From contig JBFGDZ010000002.1 of assembly GCA_041580375.1 (NCBI GenBank), positions 1 through 47,259 of the forward strand: a stretch of 47,259 bases of DNA, in the 5' to 3' direction. Source of the DNA: Candidatus Polarisedimenticolia bacterium (lineage in GTDB: Bacteria; Acidobacteriota; Polarisedimenticolia; Gp22-AA2). Made by a program: the position numbers and the translations under genes. Every line of letters begins with the position of its first letter. Position 1 is the first letter of the stretch. Of the stretch, positions 37,945 to 47,259 are shown piece after piece. The notes under the pieces were generated by a model. That model saw nothing but the letters and a program-made list of their open reading frames with translations. It made no database searches and was not told the origin of the DNA.

Positions 37945-38960
37945 CGATCGGAGTCCGCGCCGGCCCGTCTTCGCTCGTGATCCCGGCGCGCACTGGTCTC
38001 CCGGACGGACGCCTTCTGCGCCCGTCCGGCCGTGGCCGGGGCGTGGAAGAATGCTCTGCGAAGATCCTCCAGGCGGGTTCGTGCCGCGCGGGCGGCGGGC
38101 TCGATGAGGGTGCGCGACGCCTCGAAGTCGTCGATCGCGTAGCGGTGCTCGAGCGGGATGTTGATCCGGTGGTACTGCCCGGGCGGAAGGAGCCGCCGCG
38201 CGATCTCGTGGACGATGCGGGCCTGCGCGATCAGCATGTGCTCGTACTGGAGGGTCTTCCACTCCCAGACGCCCATCGTGCGGGCGCGCTCGTGCGGGAT
38301 GCGCTCGGCCCTCTCGCCGGTGCCGACCGAGAGGATTCGGATCCGATCGGTCGGCTGCCGGAAGTAGTGGACCGCCTCGGTGAGGCCGATCAGCGTCGGG
38401 TTGTTGGCGAACAGTCCGCCGTCGACGTGGCTGTCGTCGTCGATCACCTGCGCGCCGGGGAAGTAGATCGGAGCGGCCGACGACGCCAGGGCCACCTTCC
38501 ACGCCGGCGCGTCGCCGCCGTTGAGCGCGCCCGGCGCATGGTCGTCCTTCCAGATCCTCGGGTAGGAGTTGGTCAGCTCGTAGCTGGTGACGCAGACGGG
38601 CGTGAGTACGTCGTTCAGCGTGCGCTCCCCGAAGACCTCCCGCAGGATCCGCCGGAGCGCACGGCCGTCGTACTTGGGGCGCAGGAGCATCCCGAAGCGC
38701 CGGGGACGGTCGAAGATGACGCCTCCCCGCTCGACGTACAGATCAAGGATCCGGCGCGCCGGGACGCCGTAGGCGAGGGCGAGCGCGATCATCGCGCCGC
38801 TCGACGTCCCGACGATCAGATCGAAATGATCGGCGCTCCGGACGCGCAGGAGATCCTCGACGGTCGAGAGGAACGACGCCGTGAACGCGCCCCGCGCGCC
38901 GCCTCCGTCCAGAGAGAGAACCCGGAACACGTCGTCCGGCCCGGTGGTTTTGAGAAGCAT
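37941..38960 (-). CDS. patatin-like phospholipase (CapV-like subfamily); start may be 38960 or 39008
   Basis: LSLDGGGARG, GTSSG nucleophile elbow, SSAAP.YF, DGGLFANNP, LSVGTG. Confidence 0.88.
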   Translation of the reverse strand: MLLKTTGPDDVFRVLSLDGGGARGAFTASFLSTVEDLLRVRSADHFDLIVGTSSGAMIALALAYGVPARRILDLYVERGGVIFDRPRRFGMLLRPKYDGRALRRILREVFGERTLNDVLTPVCVTSYELTNSYPRIWKDDHAPGALNGGDAPAWKVALASSAAPIYFPGAQVIDDDSHVDGGLFANNPTLIGLTEAVHYFRQPTDRIRILSVGTGERAERIPHERARTMGVWEWKTLQYEHMLIAQARIVHEIARRLLPPGQYHRINIPLEHRYAIDDFEASRTLIEPAARAARTRLEDLRRAFFHAPATAGRAQKASVRETSARRDHERRRAGADSDR

Positions 38961-39069
38961 GAGGGAATCCCTGAGGTCAATATGGGCGCTGCGGTCGGAT
39001 CGCGCCACCGTCCGCGGGCGACGGAAAGGTGCCTGAGTGGAATCTGGTCACGGGGTTGGGAGAGTGGCG

Positions 39070-39720
39070 TCATGTCAGTGACGCGCCCTGCCTCAGCTTC
39101 CTTCGCGCGTCGCGCGCGATCGAGCGCGCCCCCGCCGCGCTGATCCCGAGAAGGCGCCCGATCTCCGGGGCGCTCAATCCGCCGATCCGGGACAGGACCA
39201 GCACGGCCCGCTGGCGGGCCGTCAGGCGCGCCAGCAGGCCGCTCGCCTCGAGGGAGCCTTCCAGATCGTGCCATCGCGAACGGGCCGCTGCCTGTGCGCC
39301 CCGTCGACGTTCGTCCTTCACGGTCGTGAGGAGCCGGGACCGTCGCGCCCGGCGACGAGCAACGTGGATCCTCGTATGTTGCAGGATGGCGACGAGCCAG
39401 GCGCGGAACGGCCCCCTCGAGGGGTTGTAGGATCGCAGCTTCCGGTGCGCGCGGAGCAGGGTCTCCTGGACCAGGTCGGGAACGTCTTCGCGCCGGACCC
39501 CCGAGGCGAGGGCGATCCGCTTCAAGCGTGGCCTCGCCGCGAAACACAGGGCGTTGCCGGCGCGACGGCTTCCGTCGCGCGCGGCGAGCGCCGCGGCATC
39601 GAGATGGTCCCGGTTCTTCCACAGCAGGTCGCACGCTCCGGCGTCGCCGGCGATGACGCGCCGGATCAGGCCGGAGAGTTCCTCGCGCGTCCGGTGCCCG
39701 TCCGTCCGATCGTTCTCCAC
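39070..39720 (-). CDS. ECF-type sigma-70 factor
   Basis: Region 2 DLVQETLLRA...F.AWL..I; region 4 LTARQRAVLVL....GLS..EIGRLLGIS. Confidence 0.8.
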   Translation of the reverse strand: MENDRTDGHRTREELSGLIRRVIAGDAGACDLLWKNRDHLDAAALAARDGSRRAGNALCFAARPRLKRIALASGVRREDVPDLVQETLLRAHRKLRSYNPSRGPFRAWLVAILQHTRIHVARRRARRSRLLTTVKDERRRGAQAAARSRWHDLEGSLEASGLLARLTARQRAVLVLSRIGGLSAPEIGRLLGISAAGARSIARDARRKLRQGASLT

Positions 39721-39824
39721 GGCGCTTCCACCGGTTCCCGTCCCCCGCGAGCACCGGCCCGGTGCGGCTGGCCTGCCGGAAATGTATACGCGGGTGCCGG
39801 ACGCGTCGAGCGCGCGCGCGGAAA

Positions 39825-39844
39825 AGCGCTGCGCTCCGCCCGCG
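39825..39844 (+). repeat. 20-bp direct repeat, copy 1
   Basis: AGCGCTGCGCTCCGCCCGCG; 19/20 identical to 46845-46864. Confidence 0.5.
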
Positions 39845-39880
39845 TCGGGCGCATCCGGTGTCCTGTCGGGCGGTGATTAG

Positions 39881-40210
39881 TCAGAGCTCGGTCTCGGAAC
39901 CCAGTTCGTCGATGCGGGTGTCGGGCGATGGACGGACCTGCGCGATGTAGGCCGCCCGCGCGATCATGTGCGCCGCGATGGGGGCGGTCATGAAGAGAAT
40001 CACGACGATGAGCAGGCAGCGGACCCAGACGGCGGGGCCTCCGAAATGGACGGCGACCGACAGCAGCACGAGAATGGCGCCGAGCGTGGCCGCCTTGCTC
40101 GAGGCGTGCATTCTCGTGTAGAGATCGGGCAGACGAAGGATGCCCACTGCGGCCAGCAGAATGAACAGAACGCCGAGCGCCGCCAGAACGAACGCGATCA
40201 TCACAATCAT
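39881..40210 (-). CDS. mrpG: Mrp/Mnh Na+/H+ antiporter subunit G
   Basis: [36 protein letters not shown]. Confidence 0.93.
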   Translation of the reverse strand: MIVMIAFVLAALGVLFILLAAVGILRLPDLYTRMHASSKAATLGAILVLLSVAVHFGGPAVWVRCLLIVVILFMTAPIAAHMIARAAYIAQVRPSPDTRIDELGSETEL

Positions 40211-40470
40211 CGTCTCTCCTTCCGGTATCGTCTCTCCAGATAGTGGGCGAACGCGACAGTGCCCACGAAGCTGATGAGCGCGAGAACGATGGCGATGTCC
40301 AGGAACACCAGCCGCCCGTAGATGATCGCCAGGAGAGCGGTCATGCCGACACCCACCGTGGACATGAGATCCAGGGCGACGACGCGGTCGGGCAGCGTGG
40401 GCCCCAGCACGAGCCGGATGAAGGCGGGCACCAGGCTCAGGCTCAACAGGATCACGAGGGCGGTCATCAT
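40207..40470 (-). CDS. mrpF: Mrp antiporter subunit F
   Basis: [37 protein letters not shown]. Confidence 0.92.
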   Translation of the reverse strand: MMTALVILLSLSLVPAFIRLVLGPTLPDRVVALDLMSTVGVGMTALLAIIYGRLVFLDIAIVLALISFVGTVAFAHYLERRYRKERR

Positions 40471-40483
40471 CGCCGTCTCCGCC

Positions 40484-40960
40484 TCACCGTCCGAGAAGCC
40501 GCAGCAGCAAGCGTTCGAATCCCTGCTTGATGGACGATCGGAATGCTTCGGGATCCTCGACGAACATCCCGTGGACATAGAGAGTTCTGCGATCCCGGGA
40601 GACGACGAGGCTGAGGCTGCCCGGAGTCAGCGTGATCAGATTCGCCAGCAGCATGATTCCGGCGTCCGACTCCACCTCCAGAGGGATGCCGACGATCCCG
40701 GGCCGGCGGCGAGGTCGAATGGCGACGACGTCTCTCGCGACGCGCACGCTCGAGAGTATGAGCTCATAAAACAGGAAGATGACCAGTCCGAGCGCCTGCG
40801 GGATCCGCAATGGAACTCTGGCGAACTTCAGCGGTCCGCCGATCCAGCGCAACAGGACGAACCCGATCACGAACCCGAACAGCATGACGGCCCAGTCCGC
40901 GGTTCCGAACAGGCCCGCCCAGAGGAGCGCGAGAAACAGGCTGAGAAGGAATACGTTCAT
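40484..40960 (-). CDS. mrpE: Mrp antiporter subunit E
   Basis: C-terminal part of ORF 40484..41692: [33 protein letters not shown]. Confidence 0.92.
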   Translation of the reverse strand: MNVFLLSLFLALLWAGLFGTADWAVMLFGFVIGFVLLRWIGGPLKFARVPLRIPQALGLVIFLFYELILSSVRVARDVVAIRPRRRPGIVGIPLEVESDAGIMLLANLITLTPGSLSLVVSRDRRTLYVHGMFVEDPEAFRSSIKQGFERLLLRLLGR

Positions 40961-42534
40961 CGTTCGGGTTCCCGTCCGACGACGTCGTGAACCGCTGGCG
41001 CCGGACTCGACAGGACTCCCCGCGTGTAGCGCTCGGGCCTCAGGAGCTGGTCCGCGGATCGACCGGCGAACCGCATCAGCGGCTGCGGCGCGACGCTGAT
41101 CCAGAGAGTGATCGCGGCGAGGGCGCACATCGAGATCGCCCGAACACGGCGGTTCCGGCCGAGGAGTGCCGCAGGGACGGTTCCGGAGGGAGAACGGGCC
41201 GGGCCGTCGGTCGGCTTCCAGAAGCACTCCTGCCAGATCTTGAGCATGCTGACGAGCGTGAGCAGGCTGGTGGCCAGAGCGGCGGTGACCACCCACCCCT
41301 GACCGGCGAGGAGCCCCGCCCGGATGACGGCCAGTTTGGCCCAGAATCCCGACAGGGGCGGAACCCCCGCGAGACTCAAGGCGGGAATCAGGAACAGAAT
41401 GGCGATCGGCGGCGAGGCGCTCGCGAGTCCGCCCACCCGTCGCAAATCGTCGGTGCCGCGCATCTCCCTGACGGTCCCCGCAACGAGGAACAGATTCGTC
41501 TTCACGACGATATGGTGAGCGATGTAGAAGACGGCGGCCTGCAGGCCCAGATGGCGGATCGACGGGTCCGAGGAGGTCATCATGCCGACGCCCATGATCA
41601 TGTAGCCGATCTGGCTGACGATGTGGAAACTGAGGATCCGGGAGATCGTCTGCTGGGCGACGGCCCCGAGGACGCCGACGATCATCGTCCACGCGGCCAG
41701 CGCGGGGATCCAGCCGAGAACCGGACTCTCATGCGGAAAGACGATCGTGGCGGTGCGGATCAGGGCGTACAGCCCCACCTTCGTGAGAAGCCCCGCGAAC
41801 AGGGCCCCGATCGCGGACGGGGGCGTCGGGTAGCTGGCCGGCAGCCAGAAGTACAGCGGGAAGATCGCCGCCTTGATGCCGAATCCGACGAAGAGCAATG
41901 ACTGAACCGCGATCAGAAGATTCGGATGGGTCGACGCGATGCGGGCGGCCGACTCGTGCAGATCGGCCATGTTCAGAGTCCCGGTCGCCCCGTAGATGAG
42001 ACCGGTCGCCGCCAGGAACATCGCCGAGCACAGCAGATTGAGCCCGACGTACTTGATCGCGCCCTCCATCTGCCTCCGGCCGCCGCCGAGGGCGAGCAGG
42101 ACGAAGCTCGCGGTCAGCATCACCTCGAACCACACGTAGAGGTTGAACAAATCGCCGGTGAGAAAGGCGCCCGACACGCCGGCCAGCAGCACATGAAATA
42201 TCGGATAGAACCCCCGCGACCGAGCCTCATCCGGGATGTCCGCCAGGGAGTAGACGGCGACCCCCAGGCCCACGCATCCCGCCAGAACGAGCATCAGGGC
42301 GCCGAAGAGATCGGCCGCGAGCGTGATGCCGAAGGGCGCCGGCCAGCTCCCGACCTGGAGCACCAGCAGCTCCTGCGCGGACGCGCGGGACAGGAGGACG
42401 AGGGCGGCCCCCAGCTCCGCCGCGGCTCCCGCCGTCCCCGCCCAGCGCTGAAACACGGGGTGGCGCCATCCGACCAGGCACAGGGCCGCGGTCAGCAGGG
42501 GAATCAGCAGGGGCAGAACCAGCATCGTCGTCAC
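40957..42534 (-). CDS. mrpD: Mrp antiporter subunit D
   Basis: GSWPAPFGI, TGDLFNLYVWFEVML, GTLNMADL, KAAIFPLYFWLP, LLTKVGLYALIR, GVPPLSGFWAK. Confidence 0.95.
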   Translation of the reverse strand: MTTMLVLPLLIPLLTAALCLVGWRHPVFQRWAGTAGAAAELGAALVLLSRASAQELLVLQVGSWPAPFGITLAADLFGALMLVLAGCVGLGVAVYSLADIPDEARSRGFYPIFHVLLAGVSGAFLTGDLFNLYVWFEVMLTASFVLLALGGGRRQMEGAIKYVGLNLLCSAMFLAATGLIYGATGTLNMADLHESAARIASTHPNLLIAVQSLLFVGFGIKAAIFPLYFWLPASYPTPPSAIGALFAGLLTKVGLYALIRTATIVFPHESPVLGWIPALAAWTMIVGVLGAVAQQTISRILSFHIVSQIGYMIMGVGMMTSSDPSIRHLGLQAAVFYIAHHIVVKTNLFLVAGTVREMRGTDDLRRVGGLASASPPIAILFLIPALSLAGVPPLSGFWAKLAVIRAGLLAGQGWVVTAALATSLLTLVSMLKIWQECFWKPTDGPARSPSGTVPAALLGRNRRVRAISMCALAAITLWISVAPQPLMRFAGRSADQLLRPERYTRGVLSSPAPAVHDVVGREPER

Positions 42535-42875
42535 GGATCCTCCCTGAGCTCGTCGACGTCGTCTGTGCCGGTGACCCGGTAAACCTGTCTCACCAGAACC
42601 GCTGTAAAGGCGACGACGGCGAAGCCGATGACGATGGCGGTGAGAACGAGAGCCTGCGGGACGGGATCCGCCGATCCGGCATCCGGCGCCTCAGCACCGA
42701 GCCGGGCGATCGGGGGTGACGCGCGCACCAGTCCTCCCACGACGAAGAGGAGGAGATTCGCGGCGTGGCCGAGGAGAACGAGCCCGAACAGGAACTTGAC
42801 GAGGCTGCGCCGGAACATCAGATAGAGCCCTGCCGTGTAAAGGGCTCCGACGATCAGAGCAAGGACCACGTACAT
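42531..42875 (-). CDS. mrpC: Mrp antiporter subunit C
   Basis: HAANLLLF, DPVPQALVLTAIVIGFA. Confidence 0.95.
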   Translation of the reverse strand: MYVVLALIVGALYTAGLYLMFRRSLVKFLFGLVLLGHAANLLLFVVGGLVRASPPIARLGAEAPDAGSADPVPQALVLTAIVIGFAVVAFTAVLVRQVYRVTGTDDVDELREDP

Positions 42876-42879
42876 GAAC

Positions 42880-43287
42880 TCACTCCTCGCTCAGCGACAG
42901 GTAGACGAGCAGGATGGTCCCGAACACGACGAGGTAGACCCCGAGATCGAAAAGAAGCACCGATCCGATCTTCCCGACGCCGGGAAGCGACCAGGCGGAC
43001 CATGTGCCGGTCAGGAAGGGCCGGCCTCCCAGCGCCGCCGGCACGCCGCTGGCGAGCGCCGCCAGGAGCCCGCATCCGACAATCGCCTTCGGATCCAGAC
43101 CGAGAAGCTCTTCGATGGCGCGTCGCCCGTGGGCGAGCCCGTGCAGAGCGAACCCTCCGCCGAGCAGCAGGCCCCCCGTGAAGCCGCCGCCGGGTTGCTG
43201 GTGTCCCCGCAGAAGCAGAAACAGCGAAAACATTGCGAAGATGATCAGCAGAAAGCGGCTCGATGTCTTCAGAATCAGGGAGCCCAT
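42880..43287 (-). CDS. mrpB: Mrp antiporter subunit B
   Basis: [26 protein letters not shown]. Confidence 0.93.
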   Translation of the reverse strand: MGSLILKTSSRFLLIIFAMFSLFLLLRGHQQPGGGFTGGLLLGGGFALHGLAHGRRAIEELLGLDPKAIVGCGLLAALASGVPAALGGRPFLTGTWSAWSLPGVGKIGSVLLFDLGVYLVVFGTILLVYLSLSEE

Positions 43288-45630
43288 TCAGCCGCTCCTC
43301 GAACGGGTCGCGATCGAGCGCGTCAGGGCGAACACGCCGATGCCCGCCATCGCGAGCACGGTGATCTCGCCGAGCGTATCCAGCGCGCGAAAGTCGACGA
43401 GGATGACGTTGACCACGTTACGGCCGTGGGCGGCCGCGACGCTCTGCGATCGGAAGAAGTCCGCGAGCGTCGATTGAAGACGGACCGCGGGGACGATCAG
43501 GACGAGAGCCGCCATCAGCACACCGACGCCTCCCGCGACGGCGAGGTCCCTCAGCCGAACGGACAGGGTGCTGCGCCTGGAGAACGGTGGAAGATGATGG
43601 AAGACGAGGACGAAGAGGATGACCGTCTGGATCTCCACCATGATCTGGGTGATGGCGAGATCCGGCGCGCTGAACACGGCGAAGATGAGCGCGATCGCGA
43701 GCCCCGTGACGCCGAGAGCGGCGATCCCCGTGAGACGGGATCGGGAACGGACCGTGAGAACGACGCCCGCGAGAACGAGAACCGCGAGCAGCGCCTCGTG
43801 GAACTTCACGTCCCAGAGATCGAGGGTTCGGATCTCCAGATCCGCCAGGAATAACGACGACCCGACCAGAATGATCGCGCTCACGAGCACGATCAGGAGG
43901 TAGCGGCGAAAGGAACCGCTCTGGATCTGCGCCGTCAGACCGCCCGCCAGACGGAGCAGACCCGCATAGCCCCGCTCGTAGAGGCGATCGGGGCCCCACC
44001 GGAGGATCGCCCCGGGTCGGGGCCAGCGACGGTGGACTCCGCGTCGTATGCCGACGTACACCGCGAATCCGGCCGCGAGGGTCAGGCCGCTGAGGAGCAT
44101 GAGGATCATCGCCTCGAGGCTCAGTCCGTGCCAGAGCTTCAGCTTCATGTCCACGGGCCACCCGAGGATCGCCGTCGCGGTCGCCGATCCGATGTGCCGG
44201 GCGAACGGTCCCGGAGCCAGCCCCACGAGCAGGCCGAGCGCGGCGAGTACGATCGGCGCAGCCAGCATCGGCAGCGGCGCCTCGTGAGGGGGCCGCGGCG
44301 TGGGGTGAACGCGTCCCAGAAACGGGCGGATGCCCACGCGCAGGGCCGAGGCCACGAGCAGCACGTTCGATGTGATGGCGAGGAGAATCAACCACTGCCC
44401 GATCGACTCACGGTCCAGTTTCGCCTCGAACAGGAGCTCCTTGCCGAGGAAGCCGAACAACGGCGGAGCACCCGCCTTGCTCAGGGCCGCGAGCAGGCCG
44501 GCGGCCGCCGTCACGGGCATGAGACGGATCAGCCCGCCGAGCCGATCGGCGTCGCGCGTCCCGGTCCCGTGATCGATGTTGCCCGCGACGAGAAACAGGG
44601 CCCCCTTGTACAGGGCGTGGGCGAAGAGGAACACGACGAGCGCCTCGACCGCCTTGTCCGTTCCGACCCCCAGCAGCAGGACGAGCGTGCCGAGGACGCT
44701 GATCGTCGTGTAGGCCAGGATGCGTTTCAGATCGCGCTGGCCGAGAGCCATCGCGGCGGCCAGGAGCATCGTGGCGCCGCCTATCGAGATCAGGAGGATC
44801 TGCCAGAGCGGCGTCCCTCCGAGATGAGGATGCAGCCGGGCGAGGAGATAGACGCCCGCCTTCACCATGGTCGCCGAATGAAGGAAGGCGCTGACGGGCG
44901 TTGGCGCCGCCATCGCGGCCGGGAGCCAGAAGTGAAACGGAACCTGAGCGGATTTCACGAAGGCTCCCAGGGTGATGAAGACCAGGATCAGGGGATAGCG
45001 TGAGTCCTGACGGAGGTCGACCAGTCCGAGCGAGGAGATCCTCGAAGCCTGCTCGAGTGACAGGCCCAGATCCTGGCCCGCCTGGATCGCGAGCAGAATC
45101 CCCACGAGGAGCAGGATCCCCCCGGATCCGGTCACGAGGAGACTCTTGAGGGCGGCGCTGCGGGAAGCCTCGGACTCGTGATGAAAGCCGATCAGCAGAT
45201 ACGAGGCGACCCCGGTCAGCTCCCAGAACACGAACAGGGTGATCCAGTTGTCGCTCAGGACGAGGCCGATCATCGAGCCCAGGAAGAGCAGAAGGTAAGC
45301 CAGAAACGGACCGAGGCGCCGGTGGTCGGAAAGATACGCGCCCGAATACAGGATGACGAGCGAGCCGATCAGCAGAATCAGCAGCGTGAAGGCATTGGAC
45401 AGGCCGTCGAGTAGAAACGTGAGGTCGGCACCGAGGGAAGGGACCCAATCGATCCGCTCCACGATGATCGAGCCCGGCGTCACGGGAGCGTATCGCAGGA
45501 AGCGGAGTCCGAGGAGAAGCGGGATCCCGGCCAGGATCCAGGCGGTGGCCCTGCCCAAGCGTCCGGCCAGCACGGGGACGAGCGCCGCCAGCAGGAAGAG
45601 AACCAGGATGCCCGACAGCATCAGGGCCAC
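43288..45630 (-). CDS. mrpA: Mrp antiporter subunit A
   Basis: FWELTG..SYLLIGF, KSAQVPFHFWLP.AMAAPTPVSAFLHSATMVKAG, APDLAITQ, GRNVVNVILVDFRALDTLGE. Confidence 0.95.
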   Translation of the reverse strand: MALMLSGILVLFLLAALVPVLAGRLGRATAWILAGIPLLLGLRFLRYAPVTPGSIIVERIDWVPSLGADLTFLLDGLSNAFTLLILLIGSLVILYSGAYLSDHRRLGPFLAYLLLFLGSMIGLVLSDNWITLFVFWELTGVASYLLIGFHHESEASRSAALKSLLVTGSGGILLLVGILLAIQAGQDLGLSLEQASRISSLGLVDLRQDSRYPLILVFITLGAFVKSAQVPFHFWLPAAMAAPTPVSAFLHSATMVKAGVYLLARLHPHLGGTPLWQILLISIGGATMLLAAAMALGQRDLKRILAYTTISVLGTLVLLLGVGTDKAVEALVVFLFAHALYKGALFLVAGNIDHGTGTRDADRLGGLIRLMPVTAAAGLLAALSKAGAPPLFGFLGKELLFEAKLDRESIGQWLILLAITSNVLLVASALRVGIRPFLGRVHPTPRPPHEAPLPMLAAPIVLAALGLLVGLAPGPFARHIGSATATAILGWPVDMKLKLWHGLSLEAMILMLLSGLTLAAGFAVYVGIRRGVHRRWPRPGAILRWGPDRLYERGYAGLLRLAGGLTAQIQSGSFRRYLLIVLVSAIILVGSSLFLADLEIRTLDLWDVKFHEALLAVLVLAGVVLTVRSRSRLTGIAALGVTGLAIALIFAVFSAPDLAITQIMVEIQTVILFVLVFHHLPPFSRRSTLSVRLRDLAVAGGVGVLMAALVLIVPAVRLQSTLADFFRSQSVAAAHGRNVVNVILVDFRALDTLGEITVLAMAGIGVFALTRSIATRSRSG

Positions 45631-45722
45631 CCGGTCGGAACGGTACGGTGCGACCGGTCAGAGAGTCCCGTCACCATCTTCTGTCCCGGGATCCGCGCGT
45701 CCGCCGAAGCCCCCTCGGCGTC

Positions 45723-46673
45723 TCAATCCTCGAGGCGGACGGGAGTGACAAAGTTCCGAGGCTTCACGGTGAGCACAGAGCAGTCGACGCGGCCGAGCAC
45801 CTTTTCCGAGGTGTTGCCGATGAGAAGGCCGGCGATCCCCGTGCGGCTGATGGTCCCCATCACGATCAGATCGATCCGCTTGCGCTGCGCCATGTTGAGA
45901 ATCAGATCCTCGGGCTCCCCCTTGAGCATGTGCACCCGCGAACGCCGGGGATCCAGCGTGTAGTGCGACAGCAGATCATCCAGCATGCGTCGATGGTTCT
46001 CCCGTGCCTGCTCGATGAGCGCTTTCATCTGATCGGCCGGTGTGTTGACCCTGGAGCTTCTCAGCACGGATTCACCGTAGAGGGACCATGCGTGGATGAT
46101 GTGCAGCTCGCTCTTCTCCGACGCCGCGAGGGAAGTGCTCAGGTCGAGGATCAGGCGATTCAGATCCTCAGGCCGATCGCTCTCGGGGTCGGGATCCACA
46201 GCAGCGAGGATCCGAGAGAATCGCCTCTTCGTCGATGGCTTGATGATCCAGACGGGACAGGGGCATTTGCGGAGAAGATGAAGGCCCGTGCTGCTGAACA
46301 GCGGGCTCCGTTTCGTCTCGCCCCCCTCGGCCCGCTTCATCACCAGATCGTGTCCGTCGCGCAGGACCTGGCGGATGATCTCGATGAACGGCGTGCCGAC
46401 CGCGACCCTCGTCGTTGCCGCGACACCGCGCTTCTTGGCGATCGATACGAACTTCTCCAGAGCACGCTCTCTGTGCTCGCGGACGAGCCGAATCGGATCC
46501 ACGGGGTGCGACTTCTGCCAGAAGCTCAAATACGGAGGAGGTATCTGATCCTGGGCGTCGATCACAGTCAGGCGAGCCCCGTTTTGGCCGGCGAGATCGA
46601 CCGCCCTCGCGAAGGCGCCCGCCGGCCGGAGCTCCCGATCGGCCACGAAGAGGATGTTGCGGAATCGTTTCAT
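45723..46673 (-). CDS. tandem-domain universal stress protein (UspE-like)
   Basis: MKRFRNILFV..., DLVMK, LLRKCPCPVWIIK, RILAAVD, DLIVMGT..RTGIAGLLIGNTSEKVL..VDCSVLTVKP. Confidence 0.92.
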   Translation of the reverse strand: MKRFRNILFVADRELRPAGAFARAVDLAGQNGARLTVIDAQDQIPPPYLSFWQKSHPVDPIRLVREHRERALEKFVSIAKKRGVAATTRVAVGTPFIEIIRQVLRDGHDLVMKRAEGGETKRSPLFSSTGLHLLRKCPCPVWIIKPSTKRRFSRILAAVDPDPESDRPEDLNRLILDLSTSLAASEKSELHIIHAWSLYGESVLRSSRVNTPADQMKALIEQARENHRRMLDDLLSHYTLDPRRSRVHMLKGEPEDLILNMAQRKRIDLIVMGTISRTGIAGLLIGNTSEKVLGRVDCSVLTVKPRNFVTPVRLED

Positions 46674-46844
46674 CGATCCGATCGCGCTCGAATCTGTCGG
46701 AGCGCCCGGCTCATCCGGATCGCCGAGGAACACGCAGGATCCAGTCGCCGCGCATCTCCCAGTGTCGTGCCGCGAAATACTACCACACGGGAACGTCGGA
46801 CGAGCCGGCGACGCTCCGAAGGCGCGCCGGCGCGTGGGTCCGCG

Positions 46845-46864
46845 AGCGCTGTGCTCCGCCCGCG
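46845..46864 (+). repeat. 20-bp direct repeat, copy 2
   Basis: AGCGCTGTGCTCCGCCCGCG; 19/20 identical to 39825-39844. Confidence 0.5.
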
Positions 46865-46963
46865 CGAAGTGCCCGTGGCGAAGTCGGCCCCCCGCACGTT
46901 CGCCGCGGCCCGGGCGTATGAGCCGGATGGAAGCCGGTGTTCGAATCAGGGGAGGTGCCGGCC

Positions 46964-47259
46964 ATGCGCATCACGAGCAGGGCGGCGATCGTCGCGGGAA
47001 TCATTCTGTTGATTCCGTCGTCGGTGTTCACCGATCGTTCGACCGCGGCCGGAACGGCGAGTCCGGAGGTCCGGCTCTTGAGCCTGCAGGTCTTCTGGAT
47101 GGATCGGGAAGGGTCCCCGCTTGCGGGCGACGCCGCGGGAGTGGCCCTCGTGCCGGGTCGCGATCCCGGCCGGGATTTCTACGTTCTCACCGGCCGGAGC
47201 GGGGAACGGGCCGCGCAACGGTCGGTCCGCTTCGAGACGATCATCGGGACGCGGTCGAG
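46964..47259 (+). CDS. exported hypothetical protein (runs off the window end)
   Basis: GGAGGT SD, then ATG 46964: MRITSRAAIVAGIILLIPSSVFT... (signal-peptide-like); frame open to the window end. Confidence 0.55.
   Translation, partial: MRITSRAAIVAGIILLIPSSVFTDRSTAAGTASPEVRLLSLQVFWMDREGSPLAGDAAGVALVPGRDPGRDFYVLTGRSGERAAQRSVRFETIIGTRS

Noticed and set aside
37941-39008. Complete CBASS defence system
   Set aside because: No CD-NTase or Cap2/Cap3-type genes adjacent; only the patatin is present.

Overview
High-GC bacterial chromosomal segment. The gene content (Ser/Thr kinase fused to a TolB-like propeller, many secreted peptidases) resembles Acidobacteriota, but that is inference. I count about 41 genes plus one tRNA. 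They include an animal-GLUD1-like glutamate dehydrogenase (partial), peptidases and hydrolases (M2/ACE, M48, M42, M1/LTA4H-like, M14, an amidohydrolase, a serine hydrolase), alkA-ogt, tRNA-Ile2(CAT), a CGNR zinc-finger/EamA/ABM/YgbA module, a DASS symporter, a MarR-led NAGGN osmolyte cluster, two SDRs, a patatin, an ECF sigma factor, a complete mrpABCDEFG operon and a tandem Usp. The best hidden signal, missed by the ORF track, is an exported DsbA-like protein with an in-frame TGA at the first Cys position of CxxC (U-P-Y-C) and a SECIS-like hairpin 11 nt downstream, i.e. a probable selenoprotein. Other notable signals are paired TAACC-N18-RGTTW boxes in the divergent promoter of the CGNR gene, a 20-bp direct repeat bracketing the codon-atypical mrp-usp block, a rearranged NAGGN locus, and a probable CTG start codon. 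No CRISPR array, integrase or transposase was seen. All family calls come from motif recognition by eye, with no database search.
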